NCBI RefSeq assembly: GCF_009914755.1
Contig: NC_060932.1
Source of the DNA: the human T2T-CHM13v2.0 reference genome, Homo sapiens
Reading direction: 5' to 3' (one strand)
DNA: 64,000 nt
A program made the translations under genes and the position numbers. The notes below the pieces were generated by a model. That model did not search any database and was not told the DNA's origin. It saw only the letters and a list, made by a program, of their open reading frames with translations. The number at the start of each line of letters is the position of its first letter. Positions within the stretch are counted from its first letter, which is position 1. Below, in pieces: positions 16,402 through 28,157 of this stretch.

Positions 16402-19400
16402 CATACTGAACTCTTCATTGACACACCCCATGACTGTATAAGCAGGACACATTTACTCATCATTTTAGACCCTAGAGAAACCATAACATCACCAAGTCGA
16501 CAGTGGAGGCAAATCAAAATTTCGGCAGAAAAAGAAGGTCATGTGGAACCTCAAAAACACTTCTATTCTGGATGACATCTGTGAAATATACTACATGAAC
16601 AGAACAGCTTGTTCTCACTCAGTTGCTTTGTACCAGTAAGTGTATTGCTTTCACCAAAAGTGGAGACAAAAGAATAAATTATTTGAAGAAGTATGTAAAT
16701 AACATAAAAATAGTAAGCTACCTATGAATAAAAATACTTATTAAATGATTACTTCTGTATTTTAGATTATTTTGTATGACTAGTACATGTTGGGCAGAGT
16801 CATAGGAAAACAAATGCCCTATCTTGTATTATGAGGGACATAAAAGAGTTAAAAACCATAAATCAGCAAGGAGCATGCAAAAAAATCTCATCAAAGAAGG
16901 ATGCACTTTAATTTGCTGATGTAAATTTGCCCTTGTGTTCTCATCCCATGATTTGACACTGGCATTCCAATTGTTTTTATCTTATTGTAAATATTCCGAA
17001 GAACTTCCAAAGGATAATTACATTGACCCATGATAGATACAATGTGAAATGGACTATTCTCCCTTGGATCACTGTTATTGAAATGTCTTATTAGCTGCCA
17101 AAGTCAATCAAATATGCCAACAGTGTATTAATTTAATTATGAGTGATGGAAAATTTCATGAACCTCTCATTTCTTCCTTGGTTTGAAAGAGATTTGTATT
17201 TTACCTAATAAGATTTATTATCAAATTAAAGTTTCATAAATTTTCAGTGAACCCAAAACCTTTTGTAGAGAAAATAATATAAACAAATATGGTGTGAGAA
17301 ACAATTCTTTGTAATCCGAAGTCTACTAGTTAATCATGAACTAAAATGTCCCCCGAAAACAGTCCCAAAGCTATTATAGATGTTAATTAAATGACATTTT
17401 TTCATTTTAGTACTATTTTATGAGAAACAAAGGTGATATTTAAAGATAAAAGTTAAAATTCTTTAACCTCCCTTGTCATGGAAAGTGATTAAGTAATGCC
17501 AACTATGCAGGTTGTTTTAGGTATTTTGTCCTAAGAATGTAAATGTGAAAGGCTGGGAAATTTGAAAGCCTTAGAGGTGTGCAATTTACTCAGATTCCAG
17601 GTATTATTCAACTAGTTGTATAACATGGAACACAGTCTCTGTCCTTCAGTACAGCTTTTTTGAGATATTTTAAAAAGTCAGCTGTGTATGTAAAAAAAAA
17701 AAAAAATTTTTATTGATACACATGCTCCCAGGTAAACCAAGTATTATGTGTGTCCTTGTGGAGATAACCAAGTATCTAATAAATTGATTCAATTTTTTTT
17801 TTCAAATATGTTTTTAAAAATCACTCAAGAAGGAAACAAAGTGATTTCTATAAAGGACAGATTTACTAATTTAAAAAATTAATATCAAGTTGTTTTTATA
17901 CTCATGATTCATTAATTTATTTTGCATCAGATTAATTTGTAAATACATCAAATTGAAAAGAAAAAGTGAGGGTTTATAATTGTCCCTGGGAAAATGTTAA
18001 ACTGAATCTAACATACCTTACCCAAAGAACTGTGGCAAATTACAATAAACAGTTTCAGTGTAATGTATTTTGACCGTAAAACTAAGTACACATTTGTAAT
18101 TAGGATAGAACTTTAGAATTATTGCACACTATATTGATCAAATACAACAGTCATTGTAAAATTGAAACCCACCAAAAGCAGCCTTCAGTAGTAGGCCACT
18201 TCTGAACTTATGGAGAAAAAGCAGTGGGATACATCGAACTTAGAATTTTCAGCTGTGGCAAGTGGTTCATTATGGAACTTCTGCTTCCAACCAGAGCTGA
18301 ATCTCAGTGTGCCCCATATTGGGGTTACATGAATGTGTCCACAATCTGGAAGGCAATATGACATGGGCTAATTATCCATAAGCAAAAGAAAAACGTTTCA
18401 ACAGTTTACCTACCTGTAATAGAATGATTTAAAAATTGTGAAATTTTGTAAACGTTCCATTTTAGAATTTAAAAAACCTATTAACCATTAGCTATCTTTT
18501 TAGTGTTATTATGAAAATTTAGCCTATGCTCATGTGTGTTACGAAGGAAAAGGTGCACAATGAGATATGTATAAATATATATCTCCTCAGAGAATACACA
18601 CACACCTACATATGTATTTATATGCATACATGGGTGTATATATATATAAATATAATGAAATGCTGACCATTAATTATATTAGAAGAATGTTTTGTGTACA
18701 TACATTTAATATACTTTAAATTACGTTGTAAAATGTAGCTTGATTAAAAACTTATGACAATACCATTATGAATATTTTTGATACTATTGATAAAAAACAT
18801 AAGCCGTGATTTTTATTTAACATGATTAGTACAACAGCCAAAAAGTAACAAAATACTATTCTCGTTTTCATCAGTTTAACAATTAGTATTTAATGTTTTC
18901 TTTACAATGTGGTGATTAGTCATTGGCATTTGTTATAACTTGGACTACTTGAATGAGAAAGCTTTGAAATGAACAAAAACACTTAAAAATTTCTATCTCT
19001 CATATAATTTAGGTTTACATGTAAGAGATTTATTCATAAAATCCTAGTTTGTACATTAAGCACATTTTAACAGCAAAATGCTAATGTGTTAACCCCTCCA
19101 GTGCCTTGGTATGTGTGAGCGTGTATGTGTGTTTGGGTGTGTGTCTGTGTATGTGTGTGAGTGTGTAAGTGTTATCATTAAAGGGTTCATTACAGTGTAC
19201 ATAACACAAGCTTAATGGAGAATATTGTAGGTATTTAGGTCAGAGAATGAAGTTCAAAGTCATTTGAAAACTGCTAACTACTATAATAATGTCTTTTGCC
19301 TGATAAAGAATAACAATTCATCTAAGTCGAAGTATATTACAGAAAGGGCATTTATAATTTGTTAAAATGCAACAAGTATTTATTTAAAAAATAGTTTAAT

Positions 19401-20265
19401 AGATAGTGTAAGTGTAATGTATATCTGAACACTTATCCAGCTTTTTTAAAATGGGAGGATAATCAGGTAATTATTTCTTGCCCATATTTCAGGCATGTAC
19501 CAACTTATAATTTTGAAATCTTCGCTCATAAAGCTGTCATTCAGCAAGAAAAAGAAAGCAATTACTTGAAAATAAATGTCAAGTCCATATTAGCCATGCA
19601 AAGAGAGAAATTTTCCTTTGGGTGCATTAGTTTATAGATCAACATTTCCCTCATTTACAGTGCTGAAGCTTGATCATGAACTTTGTCTATGTTGAATGCT
19701 GGATTTAAGAAAAGCTTGATTTATTACTGAGAAAAATTAATAATCCTAACGATAATTTAGAATTACTGCTAGAAATCAGCAGTGTGGAGAAGCTTTAAAA
19801 GCACAAGGATGATCTTGTGCTTAACTTTTTAAGGTAAGTGTAGATGTTCGGATACTAATAACAAAGATTTTGCTACTATTAATATTGCTGTGCTCATAAT
19901 TTCTCCTTATGAAATTGCTTTATTCATACTTCTAAAATTGTTCTTTATTGTTTATTCTTACTACCGAATACTTTAAAATCATAATGCCACTTATTTGCAC
20001 ATTTGAATTTGCTTTTGAAAATAAAATATTATAAATGTTATATATTTTATACATGTTAAAATGCAGTGAAAAGACAAGAAATATAAAATGTAAATATATT
20101 TATTTCATTTTTAATTGTTTTGGTGGATGTTTGTAAAATGTAAATTAATATCTGTGACAAAAATTTGTCACTTCATTCTTTCAGTTCATTAATGTACTAC
20201 TAATGAAACCATACTTTTTTAAATGAAGCATACTGGAAAATAAAAACAAATACTTTTTACTAGAT
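16402..20265 (+). other. SNTG1: Probable SNTG1 3'UTR (long isoform)
   Basis: Follows the stop codon; ~3.9 kb of AU-rich sequence with no recognisable interspersed repeat, unlike its flanks; 3' end inferred from the poly(A) signal. Confidence 0.65.
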
Positions 20266-20296
20266 TTGGGTTTTCATTTCTTTGGGTTTGATTTGT
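20239..20296 (+). terminator. Probable distal polyadenylation signal with GU/U-rich downstream element
   Basis: AATAAA at 20239-20244, then TTTGGGTTTTCATTTCTTTGGGTTTGATTTGT; other AATAAA at 16673, 16727, 18044, 19571, 20020. Confidence 0.6.
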
Positions 20297-20539
20297 AAGG
20301 ATTTTACATATGTTTAAAACAAGATCCTGAGAGATTTAACTTCAATGAAAAGGTTTAAGATATGAACTGTGTATATATAAGTGCAGACTATGTGGTACAT
20401 AATCTGTTCTGGTTGACAAATATTTGTGAAGAATAGACATCTAACTCCCAAATGTTCCCAAAGTTTGAAGAAAGATAGGATTTGTCAAATTACTTACCCA
20501 ACTGAGTTACAACTTCTGAAAAATATGACGTTTGATATC

Positions 20540-21070
20540 ACTGTAATTTATCAATTCTAGTGCCCTTTCTGTAGATTAAGATTTTCTGTGTTGACATCCA
20601 TGCCATCTACAAGAGAGTCTGTTTTATTTCTTCCTTTTTATTAAGTAAGTTTTAATTTTGGCTTCCTACCATATTACACTGGTTGAAACTTCCAATTTAA
20701 CACTAAATTGTTGTTTAACACTAACTGTTGAAAGTAGACATCCTTCCATTGTAAATGATTTTAGGGGGAAAGTATTCAATCTATCACCGTTAAATACTTT
20801 GTTGGCATGGGTTTTCAGTAAATGCCTTTATCAGACTAAGCAAGTTTCTCTTTCTTCGTAGTTTGCTGAGAACTTAAAAGTTCATAATAAAGTATGAATA
20901 AATACTAAATGTTGTCATAGGCTTTTCCAGCATCATCGAAAGGGTTATATGATTTTCATACTGAGTAACACTGATTCATTTTCAAATGTTGAACTATCGT
21001 TGCATTGCTGGGATCGATTCACTTGGTCATAACATAGTATCCTCTTTATAAACTGTTGGATTTAATATGA
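20540..21070 (-). mobile_element. L1M ORF2 fragment
   Basis: GATTTTAGGGGGAAAGTATTCAATC, TTTGCTGAGA, TGCATTGCTGGGAT...CACTTGGTCAT. Confidence 0.7.
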
Positions 21071-21556
21071 ATTATTCTCTCTCTCTTTTTTTGTGATCAC
21101 TTCTCCCCAGAAAGTCTTCTTGGTTGTATTCTCTTTCAAGAAAACACTGATCCTGATCTCTTTTATTGTTTCCACAAATATTCTATAACCATCTTGGCCC
21201 TGAGTCTACTGGAGCCCACCAGTCTTCTTTGGCAGCTCCAACCAGCTTTAGAGTTTCCTAGACACGAGTCAGATACTACTATTCCTTAAGTCTCACACAC
21301 TCTAGGGACCACAGATGAAGCATTTTTGTTGATTTTTTGCAGATATTTCCCACCCCTTTTGTAGGTGCAAGAAGCACCCAATTGCCATGTTAGGCAGGAA
21401 AACAGAAATGTCATAAAAGTGTTACAACTCAAAAGTTTCCACTAGATTAGGAATTTAACACAGGCAAGTAAGGAGAGAAGGAAGGGAACATACACCTGAA
21501 ATGACAACTCCATTTAAGAAAAATCCCACAATAATATATATTTTTTAGCCTGGTGA

Positions 21557-21647
21557 GGCTGGTCTCGAACTTTTGGGCTCACGCATTTCACCTGCCTCAG
21601 CCTTTCAAAGTGCTGGGATTACAGGCATGAGCCACTGCACCCAGCCC
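21557..21647 (-). mobile_element. Alu left-arm / FLAM fragment
   Basis: AGGCTGGTCTCGAAC...CAAAGTGCTGGGATTACAGGCATGAGCCACTGCACCCAGCC. Confidence 0.85.
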
Positions 21648-21689
21648 ACAATATTTTTTTTTTGCATTGAAGGAAATGCACCAGTCCAC

Positions 21690-21960
21690 TTTTGTGTGGA
21701 TAGAGTTATTAAATCATTTGGATAAATATCAGTGAATTCAATTGTCAGATCATTGGGTAGGAATATATTTAGTTTTGTAAGAAACTGCCAAATTGCCTCC
21801 CAAAGTGGCTGTGCCATTTTGTATTCTCACAAGCAATAAATGAAAGTTTCTATTGTTCTTTGTCCTTGCCATAAATTTATGTTGCCAGAGTTCTTAATTT
21901 TAGCCACTCTAATAGGTGTATAGTGACTTCTCGTTGTTTTAATTTACAATTCCCTAACTC
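21690..21960 (-). mobile_element. L1M 3' ORF2 fragment
   Basis: GTAAGAAACTGCCAAATTGCCTCCCAAAGTGGCTGTGCCATTTTG. Confidence 0.7.
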
Positions 21961-23431
21961 TCTTGTTTTTAAGAATTTCTGATAACTACTTATGCTAAAG
22001 ATAAGGCAAAGATGGAAATATGTAATGTGATGAGTGTTTGCAAATAATTGTAGGAGGACAATAGAGACAGCTGGCAACTCTTCATAATGACATTGGACAG
22101 AAATTTACAGTACAGTAAATATGTAGCTTAAAGATACGTAAGGACACAAAAGAATGTAACTGTGCCTTGGATTGTTGTGATAAAGGCCAAAGCTGAAAGA
22201 GAACATTAGGTATACCTGTGAAAATAATTTATGCTATGATAAGGAATTTGAGGTTTAGTTTATTGACAATTGGAAGATTTTAGAATATTTTAACCAAGAA
22301 AATTACATCAATAGCTTTTTAAACAATTATATTTATTGGCAATATGAAGAATAAAATTAGAAGCGAGAAAAGAGAGATTGTAAGTTTGAGAATAGCCAGA
22401 AATAAGTAAATCCTTTCTAGTTGATTAAATTCTCAGGATGATTAAAATCTCTGATAAGCTAGAGAAATAGAAATAATAAAAAGGTATAATAGTGTGTAGT
22501 CCAAGTATAAACAGATTTCAAATGAGAATATGGAAAATTGTAAATATTTTCTTAAATGTGCTTATCTTTGTGAAAATCTAAATTAACAAACTTGGAATCT
22601 AAACTATCAGCCGGTTACTATAATACTCCCAAGAGAGTGTGTGTGATCACAATTTGCATGCTTGATATTCATGTTGAATATTATAGAATAAGCTCTGCAT
22701 AGGAGTATCTTGTAAATTTCCAAGAGGTTAATAAGAAACAACAGGGACAAACCTGGAAGAAATGAAAGACTTCTTGAGTGAGAGACAGCTGTTGTGTTAG
22801 GCTAATTGTATATAAAATAATAAGAAACTGTATGGGAAACATAGCAAAACTATTCTCAGTAAAGAAAACCATTCCACCAAGAACATGTAGATTATTTAAC
22901 AGTGTTTAAGAACAAAATTGGTATTGACAGAACTTAACTTGAACCAGACTGTTATAAAGATGCATCCCTAAGTTAATTATAACATGCCGCAGGATAGGGC
23001 TCTCTCTTTAAAGTACATCTTGTTTGCAAGCTGTGACTTACTAACAAATAGATTGCATGGGAAGATGAGTGTTATCACAGCAGAAAATTATCTCCAATGG
23101 TTCATATCATGGTAGAGAAGGATGAAAATATTGCTGAAAAATGAAAATTCTTTTTCACTATTTGTACCATACTTCTTACGTTTTCAGATTTGCATTGCAT
23201 TGATTCTTTATATTAGCATAATCAAATTAATCTCTTGAGATTTCAAGATCCATCCAAGTAATTAACATCCTGGAAATACTAAGACAGATAGATGTCTTAA
23301 TAAGAAAAAATAAATATTCATTTCCATTGTTAAATAAAATTTTTATATATAAGTAGTTATTAAAAATATTACAAATTAATTAATATTGGGGGAATCCTGT
23401 CTTTCCTTCTATCATTTAATAGTTGATTTCT

Positions 23432-24104
23432 CAGGTGGCTTTGTAATGGGTCAATCTGTCATACTGAACTACATTTTCCAGAAATTCATTTACTGTAGAC
23501 TTTCTTTGAGGGTAGCCACAGGAGACATTTTGCACGATATTTGAACAGCAGTGGTCAAGCAACGTACTGTTTTATGCTTGGTAGGTACCACTGCAACTCA
23601 CTTAGGTTGTGGCTGAGTCCAGGCACTGCTGCAATTCACGCAGGTTTTTGCTCAGCTACTGTTTCACCTCACTGGTATAGAGCAGCAGCCAGGCTGTAAC
23701 CAGGCCAGTTCTCCAGTGAACCTTCCTTCAGTTTCTACCGCACGTCGGCAGGTGCATGTTTAAGTCCTCTCTCCTGAAAGACAATCGCATCTTTAAACAG
23801 GAAAGTGGGAGATGATGTAGGTTTCAGTCCATCTGCATGCCCTGAAGCTCATTAGTTCATGATTACGTGTTCTAGTTTAGTTTACTCCCGCTCTTCCCCA
23901 CTTGACATCCAACTTCGCTTACCCATTGCCTGCACAGGTGCAAAGACAATAGACTTGCAGAGACTGTTTAACCAGCTCTCAAAGCTGGGGAAGGTCAAGT
24001 CCCTGAAATAAATTTATATATTTACATACATATAAATATACCAGATAAGATCAATATCTCTATCTCCTGGTTGTGTTGCATCGTATTTGAATCTTTTATG
24101 ATAC
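23432..24104 (+). mobile_element. ERVL-class solo LTR (LTR41/LTR52-like)
   Basis: Starts GGTGGCTTTGTAATGGGTCAA...GAACTACATTTTCCAGAA; ends AGGTCAAGTCCCTGAAATAAA...TGATAC. Confidence 0.5.
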
Positions 24105-25727
24105 TTTTGCAAAATGTTTATGAAAATATGAATTATCAAAGAGAATTAATAAATATTTTCAAATTCAGATGGCAAATTTTAGTTTAAAAGAAGTTCAACT
24201 CGTTTAGTTTGATGTTTTTCACACCTATGGAAGTCATTCAATTAATGTTATTGATTACAGAATTTTCAGAGTACTCATTTGTTGATAGTTGAAAAGAAAT
24301 ATCTGTTGGTTCAAGAGGTATCAGAATCTCAGTCAGAGGAAAATCACTTAGAATTTAGAGTCAATCAGAAGCAATGGTGTGAAGAGATTTAAGGATCATT
24401 CCATTCTTATTTGTCAAAAAAGAAAATGGAAACAAAAAGTCATTGTTATCATACAAACTCACACAATTGGTAGACATAATCTTGAATATGATAACAAAAT
24501 TACAGTGCTAAAAAAAAGGCCCGATGGAGTACCTGAAAGCAAGTCTGCACATAGGATATGGAGTAAGATCCAGAGACCTCGACACTCAAGTTACTTCATC
24601 ATCACCACCACCAACAACAAATGATATATAGTGGCTTACGCGCATGAAAAGAATTTGAGGCATTTTAGTAACTTTAACCATGTTACTGTCCACTCTATAC
24701 AACCTACCTTTTTAAAAAATAATTTATTCAATAGTTAACAAGACTATTTTTATAAAATCAGCTTTCAATTTTGAATTTTTAGGGCAAACTTTGTGAATGA
24801 AACATTCACAATAGCTAGATCATCTATAATCCTTTCAAATCAATTATTTGGAAAGAAATGGATTTAATTACACATAAGCACTTACAAATATATAGGCAAA
24901 ACATTTGAATACATTCTCCTTCTAGATTGTCCAAACCAAATCAAATTTTAGAATGCTATCAAATTATACAAAGAAAACAAGTGTTAGGATATACATTAGA
25001 ATCTGTCTTCTAACCCACAGATTATTTTTAAATCATTGTATTATAGTTACATATCTAATTTTCACTCATTTTCTTTTCCTTCTGATTTATAAAACTAATT
25101 GTTCTATTAATAGTTATTACTCTTGCAAAGTATTGATTTTTAAGCATAGGGCTTCAAAAATATGTAAGTAGAGTATTGAAAATTAAACAAAAATAAATTC
25201 TGAAATACTTGATGTGTAAGGATTTGCAAACAATAATGCAAAGAATATCCATGTACACTTATACCAATTTATCCAAATAATAATATCTTGCATAAGTATA
25301 ATGTATTATCAAGACCAGGAAATTGGTATTATTATAGTATAAGTAACTAAACCACAAACCTTATTCAGATTTCATCTGTTTGTACATGCACTCATATTTA
25401 GGTGAAATGTTGTGACATGTAGAGACTTCATGTGGCCACCACCAGCAGGATGCAGAAAAGTTTTATCACCAGAGAGTAACTCCCTTGTTCCACCCCTTTA
25501 TAGTTTCTTACTGGCCTAATTGTAGCCCCTGGCAACCACTGACTTATTCTCTGCCACTAAAATTTTTTATTTAGAGAATATCATATGCATGGAACCATAC
25601 AACAAGTTACATTTTTAAATGACCCTTTTCACTCAATAGAATACTCTTGAGATATTTTCAAGTTCTTGCACTCATCAATTCTTTGTCACTTTTTACTGCA
25701 AATTCATTTCCTATTATATGGTTATCA

Positions 25728-26210
25728 TGATACTGGAAAAAGGTGTCCTGATCCAGACACTAAGAGAGGGTTCTTGGATCTCATGCAAGAAAAAATTCAA
25801 GGTGAGTCACAGAGTGCAGTGAAAGAAAGAAAGTTTATTGAAAGCTACTCCATTACAGAGTAGGACATCCTCAGAAAGCCTGAGAGGGAACTCACCATCT
25901 TCGGTTTTAGTTTTTCTTATATAGGGGTCTAGTTTATGTAAAAACTATCCTTGACATTTTAGTTTGTGAGTTTATCAAAGTAGAACTATAATTATATTAA
26001 AAGCATATATTGTTATAAATATTGGGACACCTGGAATTTCCACTTTTGTAGGAGTGTGTCCTTGTAGATGTCTTTAGGCTATTTCCTCAACTATAAACAT
26101 CTTAGAACCATGGATTGTGATTGGCAAGGAATGTTCTTTGCTGGTTTTAAGATGGGGTTGACTTTAAAATGTTGTCAGCCTGGCTTTCCTAGGTTCTTGC
26201 TTTCATAAAA
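25728..26210 (-). mobile_element. ERV1 MER4-group solo LTR (LTR15-like)
   Basis: GTCCTGATCCAGACACTAAGAGAGGGTTCTTGGATCTC...AAGTTTATT...TTTTAAGATGGGGTTGACTTTAAAATG. Confidence 0.65.
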
Positions 26211-26354
26211 AAATACCACAGTTTACTCATCATCCATTAAAGACATTTGAGTTGTTTCCAGTTTCTACATATTAGAAATAAAGGTGAAACAAACATTTAT
26301 GTGCCCATGTTTGGTGAACATGAGTTTTCATTTATCTGGGATGAATGACTAGCA

Positions 26355-26913
26355 GTCAAACAGCCTCAAAGAATCATTGAGACAACAGCTGCTAGGTTTT
26401 CTTGTCACACTTCATAGATATATGTGGTAAGGAGATAAGGAGCCCGAGTGTATTTTTACAGTTCATTTTTCATGGCATACCAGGCAGTGTAAGCTTCATA
26501 TTGTCCTTTGTCCCCCAAGATCCATGGAGGCAAAGCAGGCTTGGACCCAGGTAGTTACAGGTCCTTCAGTGGGTCTGCGTCTGGCTGAAGAGCTTAAAAA
26601 TCCCCCATCTGTATAAAAGAATTGCTCCCAAGCCTACCTATTTGTCTTCTCTGGAGAGATAGACATCTTTATTACTGTGGTGTGTAAGCAGATCTTCACT
26701 GGGAAGGGGAGAAAATGGTCGTTACTGTTATACAGTATCTCTGGGAAGGGAGAAGTTTTCTATCTCCACCACCTTGGTGATAAGATAAATCTATCTGTAG
26801 CTTCAAAGGATGTTGCTGTGTGAGAATGCTTGCACGTGGGTGTGTAAAAATATTTGAAAAGATAACTCATGCTGCAAGATGTGCAGAAATATTATTGAGA
26901 TGTGGTTCTCAAA
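26355..26913 (-). mobile_element. Probable ERVL LTR (MER54/MER70/MER74 group)
   Basis: GC-richer insert in the L1; minus strand has TTTCTGCACATCTTGCAGC near its start. Confidence 0.4.
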
Positions 26914-27792
26914 AACCAATAGACAAATGTCCAAATGTTCTGTTATCTAATGTGTTTAACTTCACAAGAAACTTTTAAGTATTGTCCAGAGAGCTGTGAT
27001 ATTTTACATCCCCACTAGCAATGCCTGAGGTATCCAGTTGCTCTTCACCCTCCTCAGCTCTCAGTATTATTGGTATTTGTTTCAATCATTCTAGTAGGTA
27101 GGTAGTGTATTTTTCATCTTGGCATTAATTTGCGTGTTCTGAATGGATAATGATGTTGAACAAATTTACAAGTGCTTATTGGCTATGAATATATCTTTTT
27201 TTGCAAAAGCAGCTCTTCAATTCTTTCAGTGATTTTCTAATTGAGTTTTTAATATCTGTTGAATTTAGAAACTTACATATTCTTGATTTTGTCAGATGTG
27301 TGATTTCTGTACATTTTCTTCCAGTATAAGGCTTGAGTTTTTATTCTCTTAACAGGATCTCACACTTACCTTATACTTTTAAATTTGAAGTCCAATTCAC
27401 AGATTTTTAAAAGGAATTTTACTTTTTGTGCTTTATTTATATTTATGTTCTTCTGTATATATGTATCTATGTATTTTAAAGTTTTTTATTTTGAAATATA
27501 AATTCACAGGAAATTACAAAAATAGTGCAATATGGTTGTCTTAATTTCTTCTTTTTTCCCTTATTAGAGTGACTACAACTTCCAAGATAATGTTAAGTAG
27601 CATTGATGAGAACATACATCCTTGTATGCTGCATCATGGGTAAAAGCGTTCAGTTTTTAACCACTAACTATAATCTTAGCTGTAGGTTTATTTCAGATGA
27701 GTAAGTTGAGAAACTTCGCCTCCATTTCCCTTTTACTAAGAGTCTATATTATATGTGGATGTTGAAATTTTCAAGCTTTTTCTGAATAAGCT

Positions 27793-28135
27793 TGAGGCAG
27801 CCAGGTGGAAATAGCTCCCTAGCAAAACTCCAACTGGTCTCTGAACTGGGAGGAATGTGCACCGGAGTGGAACCATAGAATTTCATGCCATGTGCAGCAG
27901 GGAAGAGCTTGGCTCCTCCTCTTCCTGGGTGGAAACTAGAATTCAAACTACAAGGTGGGAAGCACACCATCATGGACTCTGGCTTTGTGGATGGTCCCTA
28001 TTTCCCTTTTATTTCCCTTTTCAAGCCAATAAAACCCTGCCTTACTCACCTTTCAAATCATCTGCAAGCCTAAATTTTTATGGCTGTGTGACAAGGACCT
28101 TGCCTTTAGCTGAACTAAGGAAAAGTCCTGCAACA
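27793..28135 (+). repeat. 5' LTR (MER61-type)
   Basis: TGAGGCAGCCAGGTGG...AAGGAAAAGTCCTGCAACA; AATAAA at 28028. Confidence 0.88.
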
Positions 28136-28139
28136 TTTT

Positions 28140-28157
28140 TGGCACCCAACATGGGGC
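28140..28157 (+). promoter_or_regulatory. Primer-binding site, tRNA-Lys(CUU) type
   Basis: TGGCACCCAACATGGGGC equals TGGCGCCCAACGTGGGGC with two CpG transitions; directly after the 5' LTR. Confidence 0.85.

Larger units (their letters stand above)
25235..27792 (-). mobile_element. L1MC-like element from its 3' end; hosts nested LTRs and resumes at 33052
   Basis: CCCCTGGCAACCACTGACTTATTCTC, TTTTACATCCCCACTAGCAATG; ...TTTTCTGAATA / AATTGATAT... is collinear across the provirus. Confidence 0.7.

Noticed and set aside
27793-28135. p53 response element as found in some MER61 subfamilies
   Set aside because: I could not find a paired RRRCWWGYYY site in either LTR
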